Part shown: one piece after another, positions 46,056 through 55,712 of the stretch
Layout of the letters: the number at the start of each line of letters is the position of its first letter
Position numbering within the stretch: position 1 is the first letter of the stretch
Source of the DNA: Bacteroidaceae bacterium
Lineage (GTDB): Bacteria > Bacteroidota > Bacteroidia > Bacteroidales > Bacteroidaceae
DNA: 64,000 bases
Direction: 5' to 3'
Assembly (NCBI GenBank): GCA_017616445.1
Contig: JAFZYE010000004.1
Span: 28,841 to 92,840, forward strand
The notes under the pieces: model-generated
Database searches by the model: none
What the model was told of the DNA's origin: nothing
What the model saw: the letters and a program-made list of their open reading frames with translations, nothing else
Position numbers and translations under genes: made by a program

Positions 46056-47525
46056 ATGAAGAAACTTGCATTAACCCTTATCCTTTCTATTGCTTCTATC
46101 TGTTCTTGGGCAGATGATAGTGGAACATGTGGAGAAAACCAAACTTGGACTTACGTAGAAGCCATACAAACTCTTACTATTTCCGGGATTGGAGAAATGA
46201 GTAATTTTTATGAAGGAGCCACTCCATGGTGTTATAAAAGCTATAGGTCTTCAATTACCAAAGTTATCATAGAATCGGGTGTGACATCAATTGGAGATTA
46301 TGCTTTCTATGGATGCTCTGGATTGACAGAAATCACCATTCCAAATAGTGTGACGTCAATTGGATATGCTGCTTTCGCTAGTTGCTCTGGCTTGCCCTCA
46401 ATCACAATTCCAAACAGTGTGACATCAATTGGAAACTCTGCTTTCTCTGGATGCTCTGGATTGACATCTATCACGATTCCCAGCAGTGTGACATCAATTG
46501 GTGGAGATGCTTTCATGCAGTGCTATTTTTTTAAGGGATCTTTTGTAAATAATTCTGAATTAACAAGTAATAATAATTGGGGAGCAACTCTGGGTGATAA
46601 GGAGACAGAAGATGGATTACTAATTAATGGTACTACAGTTATTAAGTGTAGATCTTGGGCAACAGATGTTGTTATTCCAAACAGTGTGACATCAATTGGA
46701 GATTGGTCTTTCTCTGGATGCAAGGGAGTGACATCGATCACCATTCCTAATAGTGTGACATCAATTGGAGATTGGGCTTTCTCTGGATGCAAGGGATTGA
46801 CATCGATCACCATTCCTAATAGTGTGACATCAATTGGTGATAATGCTTTTGAAAGATGCTATTTTTCAAAGGATTTTTTTGTAAATAATTCTGAATTAAC
46901 AAGTAATAATAATTGGGGAGCAACTCTGTGTGATAAAGAGACAGAAGATGGATTACTAATTAATGGTACTACGGTTATTAAGTGTAGATCTTGGGCAACA
47001 GAGGTTGTTATTCCAAACAGTGTGACATCAATTGAATCTTCTGCTTTCTCTGAATGCTCTGGATTGACATCTATTGAAATACCAAACAGTGTGACATCAA
47101 TTGGAGATTGGGCTTTCGGGGACTGTATTGGATTGACTTCAATCACAATTCCCAATAGTGTGACATCTATTGGACGATATGCTTTCTATGATTGCTCAGG
47201 CTTAACCAGTATAGAGATACCAAGTAACGTAAAGGAGATAGGGAAAGGAGCTTTTGATTGTCAAAATATATCTAAGGTAACATGTTTTTCTAAGCGTCCA
47301 CCTGTTATAGCCGAAAATACATTTGCTGATGATGTCTACAAGAACGCAACGCTATATATACCAGAGGGTTCGGAAAACACTTACTATGCAACTACAGGAT
47401 GGAATAAGTTCTATAACATAGAAATAATTGAGGCACAGCCATCAATACGTCAAGATGTAAATGGAGATGGTGTGGTAGATACACAGGACGTACTGGAAAT
47501 CTATAAGTATATTCAGGAGCATTAA
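46056..47525 (+). CDS. BspA-type leucine-rich-repeat surface protein with C-terminal dockerin/EF-hand-like segment
   Basis: Signal peptide, more than 12 repeats of [24 protein letters not shown], and C-terminal [20 protein letters not shown]. Confidence 0.85.
   Translation: MKKLALTLILSIASICSWADDSGTCGENQTWTYVEAIQTLTISGIGEMSNFYEGATPWCYKSYRSSITKVIIESGVTSIGDYAFYGCSGLTEITIPNSVTSIGYAAFASCSGLPSITIPNSVTSIGNSAFSGCSGLTSITIPSSVTSIGGDAFMQCYFFKGSFVNNSELTSNNNWGATLGDKETEDGLLINGTTVIKCRSWATDVVIPNSVTSIGDWSFSGCKGVTSITIPNSVTSIGDWAFSGCKGLTSITIPNSVTSIGDNAFERCYFSKDFFVNNSELTSNNNWGATLCDKETEDGLLINGTTVIKCRSWATEVVIPNSVTSIESSAFSECSGLTSIEIPNSVTSIGDWAFGDCIGLTSITIPNSVTSIGRYAFYDCSGLTSIEIPSNVKEIGKGAFDCQNISKVTCFSKRPPVIAENTFADDVYKNATLYIPEGSENTYYATTGWNKFYNIEIIEAQPSIRQDVNGDGVVDTQDVLEIYKYIQEH
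46521..47036 (+). repeat. intragenic 336-bp-period duplication inside the LRR gene
   Basis: About 180 bp starting at 46521 is nearly identical to about 180 bp starting at 46857 (protein [48 protein letters not shown] vs [48 protein letters not shown]). Confidence 0.85.
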
Positions 47526-47586
47526 AATGGAAGATCCCCTCTAACTCCCCCCTCTATGTGGAGAGGAAAGAGACGTGAACAAAATG

Positions 47587-47616
47587 ACAGGAGAGTCAAT
47601 GGCTCTCCTGTTTTGA
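47587..47616. terminator. bidirectional intrinsic terminator
   Basis: ACAGGAGAG-TCAATGG-CTCTCCTGT with T-runs on both strands. Confidence 0.75.
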
Positions 47617-47656
47617 TTAGTGAAAAATCAAAATGTCCAATGTCCAAAGTTGATAG

Positions 47657-47688
47657 TTAGACTTTAGACCTTAGACTCTAGACGTTAG
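47657..47688. repeat. TTAGACN heptad array (left arm of an inverted pair)
   Basis: ttagactttagaccttagactctagacgttag; its reverse complement matches 48012-48047. Confidence 0.8.
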
Positions 47689-48011
47689 TTTTTATCGAGA
47701 ATTAAAAGACGGTTCTTTGATTCTTTTCCTCCTTCTTTGGGGGAGATAGAGGGGGTTCCTCTTTTTTGTTCTCGCTAAAGGGACTATTATATTATGTCGC
47801 ACCTTTGGCGCTAAGGTGGGTATCATGGATAGAAATGATAGGGTTGACACCCTATCCTTGGTTATTTCGCCCCCGTTGGGGCTTAGTACTAAGGAGCAAA
47901 AAGGGAAAAGACCCCTATCAAACAGGTAAAACAACAGGGGAGAAAAGGGAGAGATACGGCATGTAACAAGACCAGAAGATCCTCTCCCCGCTCCCCTTGA
48001 CAGGGGAGAGC

Positions 48012-48047
48012 TTAAGACTAAAGTCTAGCGTCTAGGGTCTAAAGTCT
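48012..48047. repeat. inverted TTAGACN-family array (right arm)
   Basis: ttaagactaaagtctagcgtctagggtctaaagtct. Confidence 0.8.
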
Positions 48048-48056
48048 TTCTGAGTG

Positions 48057-48064
48057 CAAAGATA
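48057..48064 (-). promoter_or_regulatory. orphan -7 box (TATCTTTG) reading leftward into the inverted-repeat-bracketed segment
   Basis: Exact match on the minus strand. No convincing ORF lies downstream. Confidence 0.4.
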
Positions 48065-48238
48065 CGATTTTTTTTGTGGAAAAGCAAATATTTTTACATA
48101 AAAATAGCACAATGATTTTTATTTTTCTCATAACTCATAACTCAAATAATTTTACTACTTTAACTTCGTTGAAGGTAAAATATCGCCTCGGAAATAAAAA
48201 TAAATACGTATTTATTTTGTACTTCGCTCGGCTTTTGC

Positions 48239-48246
48239 TACCTTTG
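48239..48246 (+). promoter_or_regulatory. -7 box (TACCTTTG) for dnaX
   Basis: Exact match 15 nt before the first ATG. This suggests a very short leader or a downstream start codon. Confidence 0.5.
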
Positions 48247-48260
48247 CAGTTGAAATTAAA

Positions 48261-49913
48261 ATGAAGGAAAAAACGATGGAAGGTTATATGGTATCAGCAC
48301 GCAAGTATCGTCCGATGACGTTCGACACGGTGGTGGGTCAGGGTGCTCTGACGACTACGCTGAAGAAGTCGATCCAGACGGGACATCTTGCGCATGCTTA
48401 TCTGTTCTGTGGGCCTCGTGGAGTGGGTAAGACCACTTGTGCCCGTATCTTTGCGAAGATCATCAACTGTATGTCGCCTACTGCCGATGGTGAGGCTTGT
48501 GGTGTGTGTGAGTCGTGTAGGGCATTCAACGAGCAGCGCTCGCTGAACATCTATGAGTTGGATGCAGCTTCGAACAATGGTGTGGAGGAAATCAAGAACT
48601 TGATTGAGCAGACACGCATCCCTCCGCAGGTAGGTAAATATAAGGTGTTTATCATCGACGAGGTGCACATGCTGTCGAACCAGGCTTTCAATGCGTTTCT
48701 GAAGACGTTGGAGGAGCCGCCTCACTATGTGATATTCATCCTGGCTACGACTGAGAAGCACAAGCTGTTGCCTACCATCCTGAGTCGCTGTCAGATATAC
48801 GACTTCAACCGCATGACCGTCAAGGATACGGTGGCGCATCTGCAGCGGGTGGCTGAGCAGGAGGGCGTAAAAGCTGAGCCTGAGGCTTTGGCTGTGATTG
48901 CAGAAAAGGCTGATGGCGGTATGCGTGACGCACTTTCAATCTTCGACCAAGTGACGGCTTATTGCGATGGGAATATCACCTACAAGCAGACGATTGCCAA
49001 CCTGAATGTGCTGGATTACGACTACTATTTCAAACTGGTTGATTACTTCCTTGGCGGACAGATACCAGAGGTGATGACCACGTTCAACGAAATCATCAAC
49101 AAGGGCTTCGAGGGCAACCACTTCATCAATGGTCTGAACGCTCACTTGAGGAACCTGCTGATGTGTCGTGACGAAGGAACAACGAAGTTGCTCGATACGA
49201 ACGATGATGTGCGCCAGCGTTACATAGAACAGGCAAAGAAATGTAAGCCGCAATTCCTCTATCGTGCCATCAGGAAGTGTACGGATTGTGACATCAACTA
49301 CAAGCTGAGCCAGAACAAACGTCTGTTGGTTGAAATCACGTTGATAGAGATTGCCCAGGCAACCCAAGATGATGGTGCTTCGGCGGGGCGTCGCCCTGCC
49401 AAGACATTAAAACCCTTATTCAACAGAGCCGCAGTGAAGAAGTCAGTAGCTGCTGCTCAACCTGCTGTTGCTACAACTCCAACACTAGCGTCCAAGCCGA
49501 AAGCGCCTGTGAGCGCTCAGCCCGCACAAGAATCGGCAGCAGCTGTCGTATTGCCGCCAGACGCAAAGTTCGATTTGGAGAACCTGACGCGAGCCGTCAA
49601 ACTCTATTCGCAGACCTTGCCCCAGGGAGGTGTGCGTGCCCAGTTGTTCCGTGCTACCCCTCGATTGCTGAATGCCGACACGTTCGAACTCAAAGTCGAC
49701 AATCCTGCCATCGAGGCACAGATGCGGCAATACCTGCCGGATTTGGCGAAATATGTGCAGAACGCACTGAAAGTGCCATCAGTCAAAGTCGTGGTGAAAG
49801 TAGTGGAGTTCAATCCTGAAGCTGTGCTTTCGCCTGCACAATTTTACGTCAAAATGAAAGAAAAGAATCCTGCATTGGCAATTCTTGGGAAAGAAATGCA
49901 ACTTCATCTATAA
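48261..49913 (+). CDS. dnaX: DNA polymerase III subunit gamma/tau
   Basis: ARKYRPMTFDTVVGQ, GPRGVGKTT, IIDEVHML, and a Zn module CGVCESC. The start could be one of several early ATGs (48261/48276/48288). Confidence 0.92.
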   Translation: MKEKTMEGYMVSARKYRPMTFDTVVGQGALTTTLKKSIQTGHLAHAYLFCGPRGVGKTTCARIFAKIINCMSPTADGEACGVCESCRAFNEQRSLNIYELDAASNNGVEEIKNLIEQTRIPPQVGKYKVFIIDEVHMLSNQAFNAFLKTLEEPPHYVIFILATTEKHKLLPTILSRCQIYDFNRMTVKDTVAHLQRVAEQEGVKAEPEALAVIAEKADGGMRDALSIFDQVTAYCDGNITYKQTIANLNVLDYDYYFKLVDYFLGGQIPEVMTTFNEIINKGFEGNHFINGLNAHLRNLLMCRDEGTTKLLDTNDDVRQRYIEQAKKCKPQFLYRAIRKCTDCDINYKLSQNKRLLVEITLIEIAQATQDDGASAGRRPAKTLKPLFNRAAVKKSVAAAQPAVATTPTLASKPKAPVSAQPAQESAAAVVLPPDAKFDLENLTRAVKLYSQTLPQGGVRAQLFRATPRLLNADTFELKVDNPAIEAQMRQYLPDLAKYVQNALKVPSVKVVVKVVEFNPEAVLSPAQFYVKMKEKNPALAILGKEMQLHL

Positions 49914-49983
49914 TTATTTGGTGAAAAGAAAAAAAATCCCTAACTTTGCAGTGAATTTGTAATCGACTATTCTGCCTGCATCA

Positions 49984-50274
49984 ATGAAACGAACATTTAA
50001 GCAATTCCTGATCAAATATAAGTACGTGATTTCGATCATCGTTTTCGCTGTGCTTATCGGTTTGGTGGGCGACCATAGCTTGGTGAAGCGTTTCGGACAG
50101 AAGCAGGAGATAGCCGACTTGAAGAGTCAGATTAACGAACAAAGGAATATATACAAAAACGATAAGTTAGAACTTGAGAGAATACATAACAATCCCGAAG
50201 CTGTGAAGCGTGTGGCGCATGAAAAATATTACATGAAGACAGAAGATGAAGATATCTTCGTGATTGATGATTAA
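49984..50274 (+). CDS. FtsB/DivIC-like septum formation initiator family protein
   Basis: 96 aa with a TM segment, a coiled coil, and ...VKRVAHEKYYMKTEDEDIFVI. Confidence 0.7.
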   Translation: MKRTFKQFLIKYKYVISIIVFAVLIGLVGDHSLVKRFGQKQEIADLKSQINEQRNIYKNDKLELERIHNNPEAVKRVAHEKYYMKTEDEDIFVIDD

Positions 50275-50280
50275 AAATAA

Positions 50281-50673
50281 ATGAGTAAAGACAACGTATT
50301 AGGGTATATAACGAATATTGGTGAAGTTTTAGTTTTAATTGGTGCCGCTTTTTGGATAACTGGATGGGAATTCATGAATTATGTTTTTGCAGTAGGTACT
50401 TTACTTTTTGCCATAGGCAGATTACTTGAAAAACATCCTCAATCAACAATAACACTCCGCCGACTTTACATACAACGCATCATAGGTGTTGTCGTACTAA
50501 TCATAGCCGCTTTGCTGATGTTCTTCTACGAACACCTCAACGGCATTGAAATCAGCGATTACAAAGTGCACGCCACTGCGTCAGCGTGGTTGCTGCCTTT
50601 CTTCATATTTGTAGTAATAGAATTGTATACGGCATTTCGCATTCCAAGCGAACTTAAAAAAGAAAACAAATGA
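50281..50673 (+). CDS. hypothetical membrane protein
   Basis: 130 aa with 4 TM segments. It overlaps purB by 4 nt. Confidence 0.5.
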   Translation: MSKDNVLGYITNIGEVLVLIGAAFWITGWEFMNYVFAVGTLLFAIGRLLEKHPQSTITLRRLYIQRIIGVVVLIIAALLMFFYEHLNGIEISDYKVHATASAWLLPFFIFVVIELYTAFRIPSELKKENK

Positions 50674-52007
50674 TACTATCCGAATTAACTGCAGTATCTC
50701 CAATCGATGGACGCTATAGGGGAAAGACCGATTGTCTGGCTCCTTATTTCTCAGAGTATGCGCTGATTAAGTACCGCGTGAGAGTGGAGATTGAATATTT
50801 CATCGCATTGACAGATTTCCTCAAGGTGTTCGACGTGAAGAGCGTGGAATCGGCTTTGCGTGCCATCTATCAGGACTTTACTGAAGCTGATGCCCAGCGA
50901 ATTAAAGATATAGAAAAGGTAACCAATCATGATGTGAAGGCCGTCGAATACTTCATCAAGGAGAAGTTCGACGAGATGGGTGGACTGGAACCCTATAAGG
51001 AATTCATCCACTTCGGCCTGACCAGTCAGGACATCAACAACACGAGTGTGCCGCTCTCTATCAAGGAAGCCCTCGATGAGGTCTATTATCCGATGATGGA
51101 CGAGCTGGTGGCTCAACTGCAGGAATATGCCGACGCATGGAAAGACATTCCGATGTTGGCAAAGACACATGGTCAGCCAGCTTCGCCAACACGTCTGGGT
51201 AAGGAGGTGATGGTGTATGTCTATCGACTCACCGAGCAGCTGAACATGCTGAAGGCTTGTAAGATTTCCGCAAAGTTCGGTGGCGCTACAGGTAACTATA
51301 ATGCACATCATGTGGCTTATCCTCAGATTGACTGGAAAGCATTCGGCAACCGGTTCGTGAGCGAGAAGCTTGGATTGGAGCGTGAACAGTGGACAACCCA
51401 AATCAGTAATTACGACAATCTGGGAGCTGTGTTCAATGCGATGGCTCGTATCAACACCATCATGATGGACCTCGACCGTGACTTCTGGATGTATGTCTCA
51501 ATGGAATACTTCAAGCAGAAAATCAAGGCAGGTGAGGTTGGTTCGAGTGCGATGCCACATAAAGTGAACCCAATCGACTTCGAGAACTCAGAGGGTAACC
51601 TCGGAATCGCTAATGCCATCCTCGCACACTTGGCAAACAAACTGCCTGTATCGCGTCTGCAACGTGACTTGACCGACTCGACCGTGCTGCGTAACGTGGG
51701 AGTGCCGATGGGACACATGGTGATTGCCATCCAGAGTTCACTCAAGGGATTGCGCAAGCTGCTGATTAATGAGGCTGCTATCCAGCGCGACCTCGATAAT
51801 TGTTGGGCAGTCTGTGCAGAAGGCATCCAGACCATTCTGCGTCGTGAGGGCTATCCACATCCTTACGAGGCATTGAAGGCCCTGACGCGTACGAATAATG
51901 CCATCACCCAGCAGAGCATCGCTGACTTTATCGATGGATTAGAGGTGAGCGAGCAAGTGAAGGCAGAACTGCGGCAGATTACGCCAAACACATATTTCGG
52001 TATGTAA
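50670..52007 (+). CDS. purB: adenylosuccinate lyase
   Basis: SPIDGRYR, TSQDINNT, GSSAMPHKVNPIDFEN. Confidence 0.95.
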   Translation: MILSELTAVSPIDGRYRGKTDCLAPYFSEYALIKYRVRVEIEYFIALTDFLKVFDVKSVESALRAIYQDFTEADAQRIKDIEKVTNHDVKAVEYFIKEKFDEMGGLEPYKEFIHFGLTSQDINNTSVPLSIKEALDEVYYPMMDELVAQLQEYADAWKDIPMLAKTHGQPASPTRLGKEVMVYVYRLTEQLNMLKACKISAKFGGATGNYNAHHVAYPQIDWKAFGNRFVSEKLGLEREQWTTQISNYDNLGAVFNAMARINTIMMDLDRDFWMYVSMEYFKQKIKAGEVGSSAMPHKVNPIDFENSEGNLGIANAILAHLANKLPVSRLQRDLTDSTVLRNVGVPMGHMVIAIQSSLKGLRKLLINEAAIQRDLDNCWAVCAEGIQTILRREGYPHPYEALKALTRTNNAITQQSIADFIDGLEVSEQVKAELRQITPNTYFGM

Positions 52008-52097
52008 ACACATGAGTCATAACACTCATCAGACAATAAACAAACACAGTATTTATGTGAATAAAGAAATTAATTAACAAAAACAATTGTAACGATT

Positions 52098-53339
52098 ATG
52101 GAAAATGAGAAATGGCACAACGATGCCAATGAAAAACGTCCTCAGCGTCCTCGTTTTACGCGAGTAGAGCGAGCTTACAGTGCAAATGGTAATTCAGGTG
52201 AGCATGCATTCCGTCCACAGGGATTTGATTCGCATGCTTCGAATGGTGAACATCAAAGTAGCTATAGCAGTAATCGTCAGGGTGGTTTCAGCCGCCAGGG
52301 TGGTGCACAGGGAGGCTACAATCGTCAAGGTGGCTTTAACCGTCAGGGCAGTGCTCAGGGTGGTTACGGCAACAATCGCCAAGGCGGTTACAACAGCAAC
52401 AATCGTCAGGGTGGTTACAACAGCAATAACCGTCAGGGTGGTTACAACAGCAACAATCGTCAGGGTGGTTACAACAACAATCGCCAGGGTGGTTTCAATA
52501 AGCGCCAAGGTGGTCAGGGCGGACAGGGTTTGTTCCGTCAGCGTTCTGCCGATTACAATCCGAATGCAAAATACAGCTTGAAGAAGCAGATAGAATATAA
52601 GGAGTATCTTGAGGATCCAAATGCTCCAATCCGTTTGAACAAGTTCCTTGCTAACGCAGGTGTGTGCTCACGTCGTGAAGCCGATGAGTTCATCCAGGCA
52701 GGAGTCATCAAGGTAAACGGTGAGGTTGTTACTGAGTTGGGTACGAAAGTACAGCGTACTGATCAGGTACACTTCCACGACCAGTTGGTAAGTCTCGAGA
52801 AGAAGGTATATGTGTTGCTTAACAAACCAAAGGACTATGTGACAACAGCTGACGACCCACAGGCTCGCAAGACCGTGATGGATCTCGTGAAGAACTGCTG
52901 CCGCGAGCGCATCTATCCTGTTGGACGACTCGACCGCAACACCACAGGTGTGCTCCTCTTCACCAACGATGGTGAACTGGCTTCGAAGCTGACACATCCT
53001 AAGTTCTTCAAGAAGAAGATCTATCATGTATATCTCGACAAGAACTGTGCTGCAGCTGACCTTCAGAAGATTGCTGAGGGTATTGAACTCGAAGATGGTC
53101 CAATCCGTGCAGATGCAATCAGCTATGCAAGCGATACAGACCGCAAGCAGGTCGGTATTGAGATTCACTCAGGAAAGAACCGCATCGTGCGTCGTATCTT
53201 TGAGGCGCTCGGATACAGAGTTATCAAGCTCGACCGCGTTGTCTTTGCCGGTTTGACGAAGAAGGGACTCAAACGTGGTGACTGGCGTTTCCTCACGGAG
53301 CAGGAGGTTGCAATGCTCCACATGAACACACAGGACTAA
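52098..53339 (+). CDS. rluB: RsuA/RluB-family pseudouridine synthase with S4 domain and a ~150-aa N-terminal Q/G/N/R/Y low-complexity extension
   Basis: S4 domain ([19 protein letters not shown]) and catalytic [17 protein letters not shown]. The N-terminus carries (NNRQGGYNS)n. Confidence 0.85.
   Translation: MENEKWHNDANEKRPQRPRFTRVERAYSANGNSGEHAFRPQGFDSHASNGEHQSSYSSNRQGGFSRQGGAQGGYNRQGGFNRQGSAQGGYGNNRQGGYNSNNRQGGYNSNNRQGGYNSNNRQGGYNNNRQGGFNKRQGGQGGQGLFRQRSADYNPNAKYSLKKQIEYKEYLEDPNAPIRLNKFLANAGVCSRREADEFIQAGVIKVNGEVVTELGTKVQRTDQVHFHDQLVSLEKKVYVLLNKPKDYVTTADDPQARKTVMDLVKNCCRERIYPVGRLDRNTTGVLLFTNDGELASKLTHPKFFKKKIYHVYLDKNCAAADLQKIAEGIELEDGPIRADAISYASDTDRKQVGIEIHSGKNRIVRRIFEALGYRVIKLDRVVFAGLTKKGLKRGDWRFLTEQEVAMLHMNTQD
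52375..52500 (+). repeat. in-frame 27-bp coding tandem repeat (GGTTACAACAGCAACAATCGTCAGGGT)
   Basis: At least 3 near-identical units encode GYNSNNRQG within the rluB N-terminus. Confidence 0.85.
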
Positions 53340-53347
53340 GGTGTGAT

Positions 53348-54832
53348 GTGAAATGTAAAATGTCAAATGTAAAAGAGATAATGAAACGAACTAAGATAGT
53401 AGACCTGCTGAAACGTGAAGACTATGGTTCACAGGTCTGTGTAAAAGGGTGGGTAAGAACCAAACGTGGCAGTAAGGCCGTAAACTTTATTGCCCTCAAC
53501 GACGGTTCTACCATCAACAATGTGCAGGTGGTAGCTGATGTTGAGAAGTTCGACCCTGAAATGATGAAACTCATCACCACAGGAGCTTGTCTCAGTGTGG
53601 AAGGCCAGATGGTGCAGAGCATCGGCTCAGGTCAGGCTGTAGAGATTCAGGCAACTGACATCCAAGTGCTTGGCGAATGTCCTGCCGACTACCCAATGCA
53701 GAAGAAGGGACAGAGTTTCGAGTATATGCGTCAGCATGCTCACATGCGTCTGCGTACCAATACTTTCGGAGCTGTGATGCGTATCCGTCACAACATGGCG
53801 ATGGCCATTCATACCTATTTCCATGAGCATGGATACTTCTATTTCCATACACCGCTCATCACAGCGAGCGACTGCGAGGGTGCAGGCAACATGTTCCAGG
53901 TGACAACCAAGAACCTCTACGACTTGAAGAAAGACGAGCAGGGAAAGATTATCTACGATGATGACTTCTTTGGACAGCAGACATCTCTCACCGTGAGCGG
54001 ACAGCTCGAAGGTGAACTCGGAGCTACGGCTCTTGGAGCTATCTATACCTTCGGCCCTACGTTCCGTGCAGAGAACAGCAACACACCACGTCACTTGGCT
54101 GAGTTCTGGATGATAGAACCCGAAGTGGCATTCCTGGATCAGGAAGAGTTGATGGATCTGGAGGAAGACTTCATCAAATACTGCGTCAAGTGGGCTCTCG
54201 ATAACTGCAAGGACGACCTTGCCTTCCTGAATAAGATGATTGACAACGGACTCATTGAGCGCCTCGAAGGTGTGCTCAAGGAGACTTTCGTCCGTCTGCC
54301 ATACACCAAGGGAATCGAGATTCTGCAGGAAGCCATCAAGAATGGTCGTAAGTTCGAGTTCCCATGCAACTGGGGAGATGACCTTGCATCAGAGCATGAG
54401 CGTTATCTCGTGGAGGAACACTTCAAGAAGCCAGTCATCATGACTGACTACCCACGCGAGTTCAAGTCATTCTATATGAAGCAGAACGTGCCTGTGTCTG
54501 CCGATTCTGCCGACGGAGCTTCCGTTGGTTATCAGGGAGCCATTGCTCCAGGACCAACGATGCAGGGTACAGATGTGCTGTTCCCACAGATTGGTGAAAT
54601 CATTGGTGGTTCTGTGCGTGAAGCCGACTATAACAAACTGATGGGAGAGATCGACCGTCGTAAGATGGATATGACTCACCTTTGGTGGTATCTCGATACG
54701 CGCAAGTACGGTTCATGTCCGCATGCAGGATTCGGTCTTGGATTTGAGCGACTGATTCTCTTTGTGACAGGAATGCAGAACATCCGCGATGTCATTCCGT
54801 TCCCACGAACACCAAAGAATGCAGAGTTCTAA
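53348..54832 (+). CDS. asnS: asparagine--tRNA ligase
   Basis: OB fold followed by class II motifs ([28 protein letters not shown]). The true start may be the ATG at 53381 ([10 protein letters not shown]). Confidence 0.93.
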   Translation: MKCKMSNVKEIMKRTKIVDLLKREDYGSQVCVKGWVRTKRGSKAVNFIALNDGSTINNVQVVADVEKFDPEMMKLITTGACLSVEGQMVQSIGSGQAVEIQATDIQVLGECPADYPMQKKGQSFEYMRQHAHMRLRTNTFGAVMRIRHNMAMAIHTYFHEHGYFYFHTPLITASDCEGAGNMFQVTTKNLYDLKKDEQGKIIYDDDFFGQQTSLTVSGQLEGELGATALGAIYTFGPTFRAENSNTPRHLAEFWMIEPEVAFLDQEELMDLEEDFIKYCVKWALDNCKDDLAFLNKMIDNGLIERLEGVLKETFVRLPYTKGIEILQEAIKNGRKFEFPCNWGDDLASEHERYLVEEHFKKPVIMTDYPREFKSFYMKQNVPVSADSADGASVGYQGAIAPGPTMQGTDVLFPQIGEIIGGSVREADYNKLMGEIDRRKMDMTHLWWYLDTRKYGSCPHAGFGLGFERLILFVTGMQNIRDVIPFPRTPKNAEF

Positions 54833-54869
54833 ACAAATAAGCAGTGTCAATCGACGCTGCTTTTTGTTT

Positions 54870-55712
54870 TCATGTTGATATTTCTATAATGCAATTCGCT
54901 GGTTGGCGGATGTTCTCGTCTAAGATGACTTCTCCGATACTGTCAGCATGGATGCGACCCGTCAGCGGATTCTTCACGCTGACGATATGACCACGAATAT
55001 CGGCATGTACTTCGCTGTATTCAAAAGCGAGGTCGGCATCATCGCCCATCGTGCAGTTTTCCATGATGAGGTTATGAGCATAACAGAGAGGTTGGGTGCC
55101 TCGGATGTGACAATTCACCAACCTGAGATTCGTGCTGTGCCATCCAAGGTATTCTCCATTGATGGTTGAGTCATATACTGTGACGTTCTTTGTGTTCCAG
55201 AATGCATCTTTCGTGTCGAGCGTAGAATTGCGGATGACGATATTGCGGCTGTACTGGAACGAGTAGTTGCCTTGCAGCGTCAGATGGTCAATCTCGATGC
55301 CGTCGCAATGCATCATGATGTAGTCGGCATGCCCTGCTGTCACGTCTTTCAATTTGATTTCTTTACAATGCCACAGTGTTTCTTGGGCATTGGGCAACTG
55401 AACATTGGTTAGATTCAGGCGTTCCATATCGCGGAACATCTTAGGGGCCTCTACAAGTGTGTCGGTCATCTCTAGGTCGCGAGAGTACCACAAGGCAGCA
55501 CGTGCTCCCTCCGTGAAATGACAGTTGCGGATGGTGAAGCGGTCGTTGTGCCAAAACGGGTACTTGCCTTCGAAGCGACAATGCTCGGCCGTTATGTCAC
55601 TACATTCCTTGAGTGCTGACTCACCTGCGTGAATGGTTACGTGGTAGAGCTGCAGGTTGTGTGACGCAAAGAGCGGGCGCTCGCCGCCGTATTCATTCTG
55701 AGATAATATCAT
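54870..55712 (-). CDS. beta-helix repeat protein, DUF3737-like
   Basis: 280 aa with periodic repeats typical of a right-handed beta-helix and an N-terminus GERPLFASHNLQLYHVTI. The family assignment is from memory only. Confidence 0.55.
   Translation of the reverse strand: MILSQNEYGGERPLFASHNLQLYHVTIHAGESALKECSDITAEHCRFEGKYPFWHNDRFTIRNCHFTEGARAALWYSRDLEMTDTLVEAPKMFRDMERLNLTNVQLPNAQETLWHCKEIKLKDVTAGHADYIMMHCDGIEIDHLTLQGNYSFQYSRNIVIRNSTLDTKDAFWNTKNVTVYDSTINGEYLGWHSTNLRLVNCHIRGTQPLCYAHNLIMENCTMGDDADLAFEYSEVHADIRGHIVSVKNPLTGRIHADSIGEVILDENIRQPANCIIEIST

Noticed and set aside
47692-47934. An 80-aa minus-strand ORF (TTG start) and a 66-aa plus-strand ORF in the dnaX upstream segment.
   Set aside because: They use non-ATG starts, have low-complexity basic composition and overlap strong hairpins. 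The segment is better explained as non-coding. A 44-aa ATG-initiated basic sub-ORF cannot be excluded.
47657-48047. An invertible promoter (shufflon-like phase switch), because inverted repeats flank a ~330-bp segment.
   Set aside because: There is no TAnnTTTG box inside the segment on either strand, since the promoter lies outside at 48057-64. There is also no recombinase gene nearby.
48261-49913. A programmed -1 frameshift site in dnaX (the gamma/tau split, as in E. coli).
   Set aside because: I found no A AAA AAG-type slippery heptamer followed by a hairpin inside the gene.
52180-52581. ORFs of 133 aa (+) and 104 aa (-) made of V/T/A/R repeats.
   Set aside because: They are alternative-frame readings of the 27-bp tandem repeat inside the rluB N-terminal extension.
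54471-54585. A possible ~15-aa insertion in AsnS ([27 protein letters not shown]) ahead of the conserved block ([17 protein letters not shown]).
   Set aside because: I cannot verify the normal spacing for Bacteroidota AsnS from memory, so this may be lineage-typical.
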